NCBI GenBank assembly: GCA_009914755.4
Contig: CP086569.2
Location: 28,448,001 to 28,512,000 of the forward strand
Source: the human T2T-CHM13v2.0 reference genome, Homo sapiens
Direction of reading: 5' to 3'
DNA length: 64,000 nt
Made by a program: the position numbers and the translations under genes. This document shows, in pieces, positions 14,139 through 28,297 of the stretch. The first letter of the stretch is position 1. Every line of letters starts with the position of its first letter. The notes below the pieces were generated by a model, which had not been told where the DNA came from, did no database searches, and saw only the letters and a program-made list of their open reading frames with translations.

Positions 14139-17100
14139 GTAATGGACAGGCCTGGAATAAAGTGGAATGCTACGGTCTCGAATGGAATAAAAATGTATGG
14201 AATGGAATGCAATGAAACGGAATCGAATGTCATAGAATGTAATGGAATGCAAAAAAATGGAATCCAAAATCATTGACTGGAAAGGCTGGGTGTCGAAAGG
14301 AATTGACTCCAATGGAATGGAATCGAATGGAATGGAAGTGAATAGAATCGAACTAAATCGAATGGAATGGAATTGATAGGAACGGAATGGAAAGGAATGA
14401 AATGATTTGGCATGGAATGGAATCGAATGGCATCGAATGGAATGGAATGGAATGCAATGCAATGGAATGTATTAGAATGTAATGAACTTTAATGGAATGT
14501 ACTCGAATGGATTCGACTGGAATGGAATGTTCTGGAAGTGAATGGACTCCAATGGAATGGATTGAAAAGGAATGGAATAGTACGGAATGGAATCTAATGG
14601 AATGGAATTAAATGGAAATGAATCAAATTGAATAGCACGGAATTGAATTGAATGGAATCGAATGCAATGGAATCTAATGAAAGGGAAAGGAAAGGAATGG
14701 AATGGAATGGAATGGGCTGGAATGGAAAGGAATCGAAACGAATGGAATGGAATCGAACTGAGGAGACTGGAATGGAATGCACTGGAATGGAAGGGAGTGT
14801 AATGGAAGTTTCTCGAAAAAAATGGAATCGAATGGAATGGAATTGAATGGAACGGAATAGAGTCGAATGGAATTGAATGGAATGGAATGGACTAGAGTGA
14901 AATGGAATCGAACCACAAGGAATGGACAGGAATAGAATGGTCTCGAATTGAATGGAATCGTATGGAATGGCATCAAACGGAATGGAATGGACAGCCACGG
15001 AATGGAATGCACTCGAATGCAATGGAGTCGAAACTAATGGACTGGAATAGAATGGACTCGACTGGTACGGACTCCAATGGAATGGAATCGAATGGAAGGG
15101 AATCGAACGGAATGGACTCGAAGGGAAAAGACTGCAATGGAAAGGTCTCGAATGGAATGGAAATTAATGGAATGGAATGGAATCGAATGAAATGGAGTCA
15201 AAAGGAATGGAATCGAATGGCAAGAAATCGAATGTAATGGAATCGCAAGGAATGGATGTGAACGGAACGGAATGGAATGGAATCCAAAGGAATGGAATAG
15301 AATGGAATGGAATCGAATGGAAAGGACTCGAATGGAAATCACTCGAATAGAATGCAATTTAATAAAATAGGATGAAATGTAATGGAATGGAATGGAAAGG
15401 AATCGAAACGAAAGGAATGGAGACAGATGGAATGGAATGGAACAGAGAGCAATGGTATAGAATGGAATGGAATCATCTGAAATGGAATTGAATGGAATGG
15501 AATAATATGAAATGGAATGGAATGGAATGGAATGCCCTTGAATTAAATGGACTGGAATGGAATGGACTCGAACAGAGTGGAATGGAAAGTGTTGAGATAG
15601 AATGGAATGGACTCGTTTGGAATGGTCTAGTATGCAATGCAATCGACTGGCAGGGAATCAAAAGGAATGTAATCGAATGGATTGGACTGGAATGCAATGG
15701 ACTCGAATAGATTGGAAACGGAATGCAAAGGAATGGAATGGAATAGTATGGAATGGAATGGAAAGGAATGGAGTGGAATAGACTAGAGTGGAATGGAATG
15801 GACTCGAAAGCAATGGACTGGAAATGGAACTTTCTTGAATGGACTGGAATCAGAGAATCAAATGGAATTGAATCGAATGGAATCGAATGGATTGGAAAGG
15901 AATAGAATGGAATGGAATGGAATTGACTCAAATGGAATGGACTAGAATGGAATGGATTCGAATGGAAGGCAAAGGAATGGAATCTATTGGAATGGACTGC
16001 AATGGAATGGAATGGAAGGGATTGGAATGGACTCGAATGGAATGGACTGCAATAGAAAGGATTCGAATGGCATGAAAAAGAATTGAATGGAATAGAACAG
16101 AATGGAATCAAATCGAATGAAATGGAATGGAATAGAAAGGAATGGAATGAAATGGAATGGAAAGGATTCGAATGGAATGCAATCGAATGGAATGGAATCG
16201 AACGGAATGGAATAAAATGGAAGCAAACTGGCAAGAAATGGAATCGAAATGAATGGAGTGTTATGGAACGGACTCAAAAGGAATTGAATGTAATAGAATG
16301 GAGTGTAGTGGACTCGAATATAATGGACTGGAATGGAATGAAATCACATGGAATGGGAACGAATGGAATGGAATGGAAAGGAATGGAATCGAATGGAAAG
16401 GAATCGAATGGAAGGGAATGAAATTGAATCAACAGGAATGGAAGGGAATAGAATAGACGGTAATGGAATGGACTCGAATAGAATGGACACGAATGCTCAA
16501 ATTGAATGGACTCGAATGGAATGGAAACGAAAGGAATGTCATCGAATGGAATTGAATCGATTGGAATGAAATGGCATAGAATGGAGTGGAATCAAATGGA
16601 ATTGAATCGAAAGGAAAGGAAGCGAATGGACTGAAATGAAATGGAATGGAATTGAATGGAAAGTAATGCAATGGAATAGAATGGAACGAAATTTCACGGA
16701 ATGGAATCAAACTGAATGGAATCAAATCAATGGAATCTAATCAAATGGAATGGAAAGGAATTGAATGGAGTAGATGGGATTGGATGGGATTGGAATGAAA
16801 TGTACTAGAAAGGACTCGAATTTTAAGAAACGGAATGGAAAGAATTGGAACGGAATGGACTCGAATGGAATGGAATGTCATGGAATGGCATCAAATGGAA
16901 TGGCATCAAATGGAATGGAATCGAATGCAATGGAATGCTATGGAATGGAACGGAATGCATTGGAATGGAATGTCCTCTAATGGAAAGGATTCGAGTGGAA
17001 TGGAATCGAATATAATGGAGTCGAATGAAATGGAATTGAAAGGAATGGGATCGAATACAATGGAATATACTGGAATGTAATGTAATGAACTCGAATGTAA

Positions 17101-17651
17101 TTGACTGGAATGGAATGTACATGAATGGAATGTAATCGAATGGAAAGTAATCCAATGGAATAGAATCTAATGCAATAAAATCTACTCAGATAGAGTAGAA
17201 TGTAATGGAATGGAGTGCAGTGCAGTGGAATGGAATGGAATGGAATGCAATGGAATGGAATGGAATGGAATGGAATGGAATGGAATGGAATGGAATGGGA
17301 TGGAATGGTATGGAATGGATAGTAATGGACTGGAGTGAAATGGACTGGAAAGGAATGGACTCAAATTGAAAGGGCTCGAAAGGAATGGAGTCAAATGGAA
17401 TGGTCTGGAATGGAATGAACACGAATGTAATGCAATCCAATAGAATGGAATCGAATGGCATGGAATATAAAGAAATGGAATCGAAGAGAATGGAAACAAA
17501 CGGAATGGAATTGAATGGAATGGAATTGAATGGAATGGGAACGAATGGAGTGAAATTGTATGCAGTAGAAGAGAATAGAATGGAATGCAAGCGAAAGGAA
17601 AGGAATGGATTGGAATGGAATGGAATTCATTGGAATGGAAGGGAATGTAGT
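14139..17651 (+). repeat. HOR unit U4 (3513 bp). Haplotype beta, long variant, subtype B deletion. Longest pure (GGAAT) tract, 9 copies.
   Basis: Landmark at 14139. Junction at 15846-15865. Pure tract at about 17252-17296. Confidence 0.85.
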
Positions 17652-20600
17652 GTAATGGACAGGCCTGGAATAAAATGGAATGCTACGGTCTCGAATGGAA
17701 TAAAAATGTATGGAATGGAATGCAATGAAACGGAATCGAATGTCATAGAATGTAATGGAATGCAAAAAAATGGACTCCAAAATCATTGACTGGAAAGGCT
17801 GGGTTTCGAAAGGAATTGACTCCAATGGAATGGAATCGAATGGAATGGAAGTGAATAGAATCGAACTAAATCGAATGGAATGGAATTGGTAGGAACGGAA
17901 TGGAAAGGAATGAAATGATTTGGCATGGAATGGAATCGAATGGCATCGAATGGAATGGAATGGAATGCAATGCAATGGAATGTATTAGAATGTAATGAAC
18001 TTTAATGGAATGTACTCGAATGGATTCGACTGGAATGGAATGTTCTGGAAGTGAATGCACTCCAATGGAATAGATTCAAAAGGAATGGAATCGTACGGAA
18101 TGGAATCTAATGGAATGGAATTAAATGGAAATGAATCAAATTGAATAGCACGGAATTGAATTGAATGGAATCGAATGCAATGGAATCTAATAAAACGGAA
18201 AGGAAAGGAAGGGAATGGAATGGAATGGGCTGGAATGGAAAGGAATCGAAACGAATGGAATAGAATCGAACTGAAGAGACTGGAATGGAATGCACTGGAA
18301 TGGAAGGGAGTGTAATGGAAGTTTCTCGACAAAAATGGAATCGAATGGAATGGAATTGAATGGAACGGAATAGAGTCGAATGGAATTGAATGGAATGGAA
18401 TGGACTAGAGTGAAATGGAATCGAACCACAAGGAATGGACAGGAATAGAATGGTCTCGAATTGAATGGAATCGTATGGAATGGCATCAAACGGAATGGAA
18501 TGGACAGCCACGGAATGGAATGCACTCGAATGCAATGGAGTCGAAACTAATGGACTGGAATAGAATGGACTCGACTGGTACGGACTCCAATGGAATGGAA
18601 TCGAATGGAAGGGAATCGAACGGAATGGACTCGAAGGGAAAAGACTGCAATGGAAAGGTCTCGAATGGAATGGAAATTAATGGAATGGAATGGAATCGAA
18701 TGAAATGGAGTCAAAAGGAATGGAATCGAATGGCAAGAAATCGAATGTAATGGAATCGCAAGGAATGGATGTGAACGGAACGGAATGGAATGGAATCCAA
18801 AGGAATGGAATAGAATGGAATGGAATCGAATGGAAAGGACTCGAATGGAAATCACTCGAATAGAATGCAATTTAATAAAATAGGATGAAATGTAATGGAA
18901 TGGAATGGAAAGGAATCGAAACGAAAGGAATGGAGACAGATGGAATGGAATGGAACAGAGAGCAATGGTATAGAATGGAATGGAATCATCTGAAATGGAA
19001 TTGAATGGAATGGAATAATATGAAATGGAATGGAATGGAATGGAATGCCCTTGAATTAAATGGACTGGAATGGAATGGACTCGAACAGAGTGGAATGGAA
19101 AGTGTTGAGATAGAATGGAATGGACTCGTTTGGAATGGTCTAGTATGCAATGCAATCGACTGGCAGGGAATCAAAAGGAATGTAATCGAATGGATTGGAC
19201 TGGAATGCAATGGACTCGAATAGATTGGAAACGGAATGCAAAGGAATGGAATGGAATAGTATGGAATGGAATGGAAAGGAATGGAGTGGAATAGACTAGA
19301 GTGGAATGGAATGGACTCGAAAGCAATGGACTGGAATGGAACTTTCTTGAATGGACTGGAATCAAACGGAATGGAATGCAATGCAATCAAATGGCATGGA
19401 ATAAAATAGAATGAAAGAGAATCAAATGGAATTGAATCGAATGGAATCGAATGGATTGGAAAGGAATAGAATGGAATGGAATGGAATTGACTCAAATGGA
19501 ATGGACTAGAATGGAATGGATTCGAATGGAAGGCAAAGGAATGGAATCTATTGGAATGGACTGCAATGGAATGGAATGGAAGGGATTGGAATGGACTCGA
19601 ATGGAATGGACTGCCATAGAAAGGATTGGAATGGAATGAAAAAGAATTGAATGGAATAGAACAGAATGGAATCAAATCGAATGAAATGGAATGGAATAGA
19701 AAGGAATGGAATGAAATGGAATGGAAAGGATTCGAATGGAATGCAATCGAATGGAATGGAATCGAACGAAATGGAATAAAATGGAAGCAAACTGGCAAGA
19801 AATGGAATCGAAATGAATGGAGTGTTATGGAACGGACTCAAAAGGAATTGAATGTAATAGAATGGAGTGGAGTGGACTCGAATATAATGGACTGGAATGG
19901 AATGAAATCACATGGAATGGGAACGAATGGAATGGAATGGAAAGGAATGGAATCGAATGGAAAGGAATCGAATGGAAGGGAATGAAATTGAATCAACAGG
20001 AATGGAAGGGAATAGAATAGACGGTAATGGAATGGACTCGAATAGAATGGACACGAATGCTCAAATTGAATGGACTCGAATGGAATGGAAACGAAAGGAA
20101 TGTCATCGAATGGAATTGAATCGATTGGAATGAAATGGCATAGAATGGAGTGGAATCAAATGGAATTGAATCGAAAGGAAAGGAAGCGAATGGACTGAAA
20201 TGAAATGGAATGGAATTGAATGGAAAGTAATGCAATGGAATAGAATGGAACGAAATTTCACGGAATGGAATCAAACTGAATGGAATCAAATCAATGGAAT
20301 CTAATCAAATGGAATGGAAAGGAATTGAATGGAGTAGATGGGATTGGATGGGATTGGAATGAAATGTACTAGAAAGGACTCGAATTTTAAGAAACAGAAT
20401 GGAAAGAATTGGAACGGAATGGACTCGAATGGAATGGAATGTCATGGAATGGCATCAAATGGAATGGCATCAAATGGAATGGAATCGAATGCAATGGAAT
20501 GCTATGGAATGGAACGGAATGCATTGGAATGGAATGTCCTCTAATGGAAAGGATTCGAGTGGAATGGAATCGAATATAATGGAGTCGAATGAAATGGAAT

Positions 20601-21210
20601 TGAAAGGAATGGGATCGAATACAATGGAATATACTGGAATGTAATGTAATGAACTCGAATGTAATTGACTGGAATGGAATGTACATGAATGGAATGTAAT
20701 CGAATGGAAAGTAATCCAATGGAATAGAATCTAATGCAATAAAATCTACTCAGATAGAGTAGAATGTAATGGAATGGAGTGCAGTGCAGTGGAATGGAAT
20801 GGAATGGAATGCAATGGAATGGAATGGAATGGAATGGAATGGAATGGAATGGAATGGGATGGAATGGTATGGAATGGATAGTAATGGACTGGAGTGAAAT
20901 GGACTGGAAAGGAATGGACTCAAATTGAAAGGGCTCGAAAGGAATGGAGTCAAATGGAATGGTCTGGAATGGAATGAACACGAATGTAATGCAATCCAAT
21001 AGAATGGAATCGAATGGCATGGAATATAAAGAAATGGAATCGAAGAGAATGGAAACAAACGGAATGGAATTGAATGGAATGGAATTGAATGGAATGGGAA
21101 CGAATGGAGTGAAATTGTATGCAGTAGAAGAGAATAGAATGGAATGCAAGTGAAAGGAAAGGAATGGATTGGAATGGAATGGAATTCATTGGAATGGAAG
21201 GGAATGTAGT
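17652..21210 (+). repeat. HOR unit U5 (3559 bp). Haplotype alpha, long variant, plus the D variant block ('ctaataaaacggaaaggaaaggaagggaatgg' and 'tcgacaaaaatgg').
   Basis: Landmark at 17652. D strings at about 18180-18215 and 18318-18335. Confidence 0.85.
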
Positions 21211-24200
21211 GTAATGGACAGGCCTGGAATAAAATGGAATGCTACGGTCTCGAATGGAATAAAAATGTATGGAATGGAATGCAATGAAACGGAATCGAAT
21301 GTCATAGAATGTAATGGAATGCAAAAAAATGGACTCCAAAATCATTGACTGGAAAGGCTGGGTTTCGAAAGGAATTGACTCCAATGGAATGGAATCGAAT
21401 GGAATGGAAGTGAATATAATCGAACTAAATCGAATGAAATGGAATTGGTAGGAACGGAATGGAAAGGAATGAAATGATTTGGCATGGAATGGAATCGAAT
21501 GGCATCGAATGGAATGGAATGGAATGCAATGCAATGGAATGTATTAGAATGTAATGAACTTTAATGGAATGTACTCGAATGGATTCGACTGGAATGGAAT
21601 GTTCTGGAAGTGAATGCACTCCAATGGAATAGATTCAAAAGGAATGGAATCGTACGGAATGGAATCTAATGGAATGGAATTAAATGGAAATGAATCAAAT
21701 TGAATAGCACGGAATTGAATTGAATGGAATCGAATGCAATGGAATCTAATAAAACGGAAAGGAAAGGAAGGGAATGGAATGGAATGGGCTGGAATGGAAA
21801 GGAATCGAAACGAATGGAATGGAATCGAACTGAAGAGACTGGAATGGAATGCACTGGAATGGAAGGGAGTGTAATGGAAGTTTCTCGACAAAAATGGAAT
21901 CGAATGGAATGGAATTGAATGGAACGGAATAGAGTCGAATGGAATTGAATGGAATGGAATGGACTAGAGTGAAATGGAATCGAACCACAAGGAATGGACA
22001 GGAATAGAATGGTCTCGAATTGAATGGAATCGTATGGAATGGCATCAAACGGAATGGAATGGACAGCCACGGAATGGAATGCACTCGAATGCAATGGAGT
22101 CGAAACTAATGGACTGGAATAGAATGGACTCGACTGGTACGGACTCCAATGGAATGGAATCGAATGGAAGGGAATCGAACGGAATGGACTCGAAGGGAAA
22201 AGACTGCAATGGAAAGGTCTCGAATGGAATGGAAATTAATGGAATGGAATGGAATCGAATGAAATGGAGTCAAAAGGAATGGAATCGAATGGCAAGAAAT
22301 CGAATGTAATGGAATCGCAAGGAATGGATGTGAACGGAACGGAATGGAATGGAATCCAAAGGAATGGAATAGAATGGAATGGAATCGAATGGAAAGGACT
22401 CGAATGGAAATCACTCGAATAGAATGCAATTTAATAAAATAGGATGAAATGTAATGGAATGGAATGGAAAGGAATCGAAACGAAAGGAATGGAGACAGAT
22501 GGAATGGAATGGAACAGAGAGCAATGGTATAGAATGGAATGGAATCATCTGAAATGGAATTGAATGGAATGGAATAATATGAAATGGAATGGAATGGAAT
22601 GGAATGCCCTTGAATTAAATGGACTGGAATGGAATGGACTCGAACAGAGTGGAATGGAAAGTGTTGAGATAGAATGGAATGGACTCGTTTGGAATGGTCT
22701 AGTATGCAATGCAATCGACTGGCAGGGAATCAAAAGGAATGTAATCGAATGGATTGGACTGGAATGCAATGGACTCGAATAGATTGGAAACGGAATGCAA
22801 AGGAATGGAATGGAATAGTATGGAATGGAATGGAAAGGAATGGAGTGGAATAGACTAGAGTGGAATGGAATGGACTCGAAAGCAATGGACTGGAATGGAA
22901 CTTTCTTGAATGGACTGGAATCAAACGGAATGGAATGCAATGCAATCAAATGGCATGGAATAAAATAGAATGAAAGAGAATCAAATGGAATTGAATCGAA
23001 TGGAATCGAATGGATTGGAAAGGAATAGAATGGAATGGAATGGAATTGACTCAAATGGAATGGACTAGAATGGAATGGATTCGAATGGAAGGCAAAGGAA
23101 TGGAATCTATTGGAATGGACTGCAATGGAATGGAATGGAAGGGATTGGAATGGACTCGAATGGAATGGACTGCCATAGAAAGGATTGGAATGGAATGAAA
23201 AAGAATTGAATGGAATAGAACAGAATGGAATCAAATCGAATGAAATGGAATGGAATAGAAAGGAATGGAATGAAATGGAATGGAAAGGATTCGAATGGAA
23301 TGCAATCGAATGGAATGGAATCGAACGGAATGGAATAAAATGGAAGCAAACTGGCAAGAAATGGAATCGAAATGAATGGAGTGTTATGGAACGGACTCCA
23401 AAGGAATTGAATGTAATAGAATGGAGTGGAGTGGACTCGAATATAATGGACTGGAATGGAATGAAATCACATGGAATGGGAACGAATGGAATGGAATGGA
23501 AAGGAATGGAATCGAATGGAAAGGAATCGAATGGAAGGGAATGAAATTGAATCAACAGGAATGGAAGGGAATAGAATAGACGGTAATGGAATGGACTCGA
23601 ATAGAATGGACACGAATGCTCAAATTGAATGGACTCGAATGGAATGGAAACGAAAGGAATGTCATCGAATGGAATTGAATCGATTGGAATGAAATCGCAT
23701 AGAATGGAGTGGAATCAAATGGAATTGAATCGCAAGGAAAGGAAGCGAATGGACTGAAATGAAATGGAATGGAATTGAATGGAAAGTAATGCAATGGAAT
23801 AGAATGGAACGAAATTTCACGGAATGGAATCAAACTGAATGGAATCAAATCAATGGAATATAATCAAATGGAATGGAAAGGAATTGAATGGAGTAGATGG
23901 GATTGGATGGGATTGGAATGAAATGTACTGGAAAGGACTCGAATTTCATGAAAAGGAATGGAATGAATTGGAACGGAATGGACTCGAATGGAATGGAATG
24001 TCATGGAATGGCATAAAATGGAATGGAATCGAATGCAATGGAATGCTATGGAGTGGAATGGAATGCATTGGAATGCAACGTCCTCTAATGGAATGGATTC
24101 GAGTGGAATTGAATCGAATATAATGCAGTCGAATGAAATGGAATTGAAAGGAATGGGATCGAATACAATGGAATATACTGGAATGTAATGTAATGAACTC

Positions 24201-24769
24201 GAATGTAATTGACTGGAATGGAATGTACATGAATGGAATGTAATCGAATGGAAAGTAATCCAATGGAATAGAATCTAATGCAATAAAATCGACTCAGATA
24301 GAGTAGAATGTAATGGAATGGAGTGCAGTGCAATGGAATGGAATGGAATGGAATGCAATGGAATGGAATGGAATGGAATGGAATGGAATGGAATGGGATG
24401 GAATGGTATGGAATGGATAGTAATGGACTGGAGTGAAATGGACTGGAAAGGAATGGACTCAAATTGAAAGGGCTCGAAAGGAATGGAGTCAAATGGAATG
24501 GTCTGGAATGGAATGAACACGAATGTAATGCAATCCAATAGAATGGAATCGAATGGCATGGAATATAAAGAAATGGAATCGAAGAGAATGGAAACAAACG
24601 GAATGGAATTGAATGGAATGGAATTGAATGGAATGGGAACGAATGGAGTGAAATTGTATGCAGTAGAAGAGAATAGAATGGAACGCAAGCGAAAGGAAAG
24701 GAATGGATTGGAATGGAATGGAATTCATTGGAATGGAATGGAATTCATTGGAATGGAAGGGAATGTAGT
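21211..24769 (+). repeat. HOR unit U6 (3559 bp). Haplotype alpha, long variant, D variant block, 20-bp tandem duplication at the unit end.
   Basis: Landmark at 21211. D strings at about 21745-21780 and 21885-21900. Duplication at 24717-24756. Confidence 0.85.
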
Positions 24770-27700
24770 GTAATGGACAGGCCTGGAATAAAGTGGAATG
24801 CTACGGTCTCGAATGGAATAAAAATGTATGGAATGGAATGCAATGAAACGGAATCGAATGTCATAGAATGTAATGGAATGCAAAAAAATGGAATCCAAAA
24901 TCATTGACTGGAAAGGCTGGGTTTCGAAAGGAATTGACTCCAATGGAATGGAATCGAATGGAATGGAAGTGAATAGAATCGAACTAAATCGAATGGAATG
25001 GAATTGGTAGGAACGGAATGGAAAGGAATGAAATGATTTGGGATGGAATGGAATCGAATGGCATCGAATGGAATGGAATGGAATGCAATGCAATGGAATG
25101 TATTAGAATGTAATGAACTTTAATGGAATGTACTCGAATGGATTCGACTGGAATGGAATGTTCTGGAAGTGAATGCACTCCAATGCAATGGATTCAAAAG
25201 GAATGGAATCGTACGGAATGGAATCTAATGGAATGGAATTAAATGGAAATGAATCAAATTGAATAGCACGGAATTGAATTGAATGGAATCGAATGCAATG
25301 GAATCTAATAAAACGGAAAGGAAAGGAATGGAATGGAATGGAATGGAATGGGCTGGAATGGAAAGGAATCGAAACGAATGGAATGGAATCGAACTGAAGA
25401 GACTGGAATGGAATGCACTGGAATGGAAGGGAGTGTAATGGAAGTTTCTCGAAAAAAATGGAATCGAATGGAATGGAATTGAATGGAACGGAATAGAGTC
25501 GAATGGAATTGAATGGAATGGAATGGACTAGAGTGAAATGGAATCGAACCACAAGGAATGGACAGGAATAGAATGGTCTCGAATTGAATGGAATCGTATG
25601 GAATGGCATCAAACGGAATGGAATGGACAGCCACGGAATGGAATGCACTCGAATGCAATGGAGTCGAAACTAATGGACTGGAATAGAATGGACTCGACTG
25701 GTACGGACTCCAATGGAATGGAATCGAATGGAAGGGAATCGAACGGAATGGACTCGAAGGGAAAAGACTGCAATGGAAAGGTCTCGAATGGAATGGAAAT
25801 TAATGGAATGGAATGGAATCGAATGAAATGGAGTCAAAAGGAATGGAATCGAATGGCAAGAAATCGAATGTAATGGAATCGCAAGGAATGGATGTGAACG
25901 GAACGGAATGGAATGGAATCCAAAGGAATGGAATAGAATGGAATGGAATCGAATGGAAAGGACTCGAATGGAAATCACTCGAATAGAATGCAATTTAATA
26001 AAATAGGATGAAATGTAATGGAATGGAATGGAAAGGAATCGAAACGAAAGGAATGGAGACAGATGGAATGGAATGGAACAGAGAGCAATGGTATAGAATG
26101 GAATGGAATCATCTGAAATGGAATTGAATGGAATGGAATAATATGAAATGGAATGGAATGGAATGGAATGCCCTTGAATTAAATGGACTGGAATGGAATG
26201 GACTCGAACAGAGTGGAATGGAAAGTGTTGAGATAGAATGGAATGGACTCGTTTGGAATGGTCTAGTATGCAATGCAATCGACTGGCAGGGAATCAAAAG
26301 GAATGTAATCGAATGGATTGGACTGGAATGCAATGGACTCGAATAGATTGGAAACGGAATGCAAAGGAATGGAATGGAATAGTATGGAATGGAATGGAAA
26401 GGAATGGAGTGGAATAGACTAGAGTGGAATGGAATGGACTCGAAAGCAATGGACTGGAAATGGAACTTTCTTGAATGGACTGGAATCAGAGAATCAAATG
26501 GAATTGAATCGAATGGAATCGAATGGATTGGAAAGGAATAGAATGGAATGGAATGGAATTGACTCAAATGGAATGGACTAGAATGGAATGGATTCGAATG
26601 GAAGGCAAAGGAATGGAATCTATTGGAATGGACTGCAATGGAATGGAATGGAAGGGATTGGAATGGACTCGAATGGAATGGACTGCAATAGAAAGGATTC
26701 GAATGGAATGAAAAAGAATTGAATGGAATAGAACAGAATGGAATCAAATCGAATGAAATGGAATGGAATAGAAAGGAATGGAATGAAATGGAATGGAAAG
26801 GATTCGAATGGAATGCAATCGAATGGAATGGAATCGAACGGAATGGAATAAAATGGAAGCAAACTGGCAAGAAATGGAATCGAAATGAATGGAGTGTTAT
26901 GGAACGGACTCAAAAGGAATTGAATGTAATAGAATGGAGTGGAGTGGACTCGAATATAATGGACTGGAATGGAATGAAATCACATGGAATGGGAACGAAT
27001 GGAATGGAATGGAAAGGAATGGAATCGAATGGAAAGGAATCGAATGGAAGGGAATGAAATTGAATCAACAGGAATGGAAGGGAATAGAATAGACGGTAAT
27101 GGAATGGACTCGAATAGAATGGACACGAATGCTCAAATTGAATGGACTCGAATGGAATGGAAACGAAAGGAATGTCATCGAATGGAATTGAATCGATTGG
27201 AATGAAATCGCATAGAATGGAGTGGAATCAAATGGAATTGAATCGCAAGGAAAGGAAGCGAATGGACTGAAATGAAATGGAATGGAATTGAATGGAAAGT
27301 AATGCAATGGAATAGAATGGAACGAAATTTCACGGAATGGAATCAAACTGAATGGAATCAAATCAATGGAATCTAATCAAATGGAATGGAAAGGAATTGA
27401 ATGGAGTAGATGGGATTGGATGGGATTGGAATGAAATGTACTAGAAAGGACTCGAATTTTATGAAACGGAATGGAAAGAATTGGAACGGAATGGACTCGA
27501 ATGGAATGGAATGTCATGGAATGGCATCAAATGGAATGGCATCAAATGGAATGGAATCGAATGCAATGGAATGCTATGGAATGGAACGGAATGCATTGGA
27601 ATGGAATGTCCTCTAATGGAAAGGATTCGAGTGGAATGGAATCGAATATAATGGAGTCGAATGAAATGGAATTGAAAGGAATGGGATCGAATACAATGGA

Positions 27701-28297
27701 ATATACTGGAATGTAATGTAATGAACTCGAATGTAATTGACTGGAATGGAATGTACATGAATGGAATGTAATCGAATGGAAAGTAATCCAGTGGAATAGA
27801 ATCTAATGCAATAAAATCTACTCAGATAGAGTAGAATGTAATGGAATGGAGTGCAGTGCAGTGGAATGGAATGGAATGGAATGCAATGGAATGGAATGGA
27901 ATGGAATGGAATGGAATGGAATGGAATGGAATGGGATGGAATGGTATGGAATGGATAGTAATGGACTGGAGTGAAATGGACTGGAAAGGAATGGACTCAA
28001 ATTGAAAGGGCTCGAAAGGAATGGAGTCAAATGGAATGGTCTGGAATGGAATGAACACGAATGTAATGCAATCCAATAGAATGGAATCGAATGGCATGGA
28101 ATATAAAGAAATGGAATCGAAGAGAATGGAAACAAACGGAATGGAATTGAATGGAATGGAATTGAATGGAATGGGAACGAATGGAGTGAAATTGTATGCA
28201 GTAGAAGAGAATAGAATGGAATGCAAGCGAAAGGAAAGGAATGGATTGGAATGGAATGGAATTCATTGGAATGGAAGGGAATGTAGTGTAATGGACA
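24770..28297 (+). repeat. HOR unit U7 (3528 bp). Haplotype alpha, long variant, subtype B deletion.
   Basis: Landmark at 24770. Junction at 26482-26501. Confidence 0.85.
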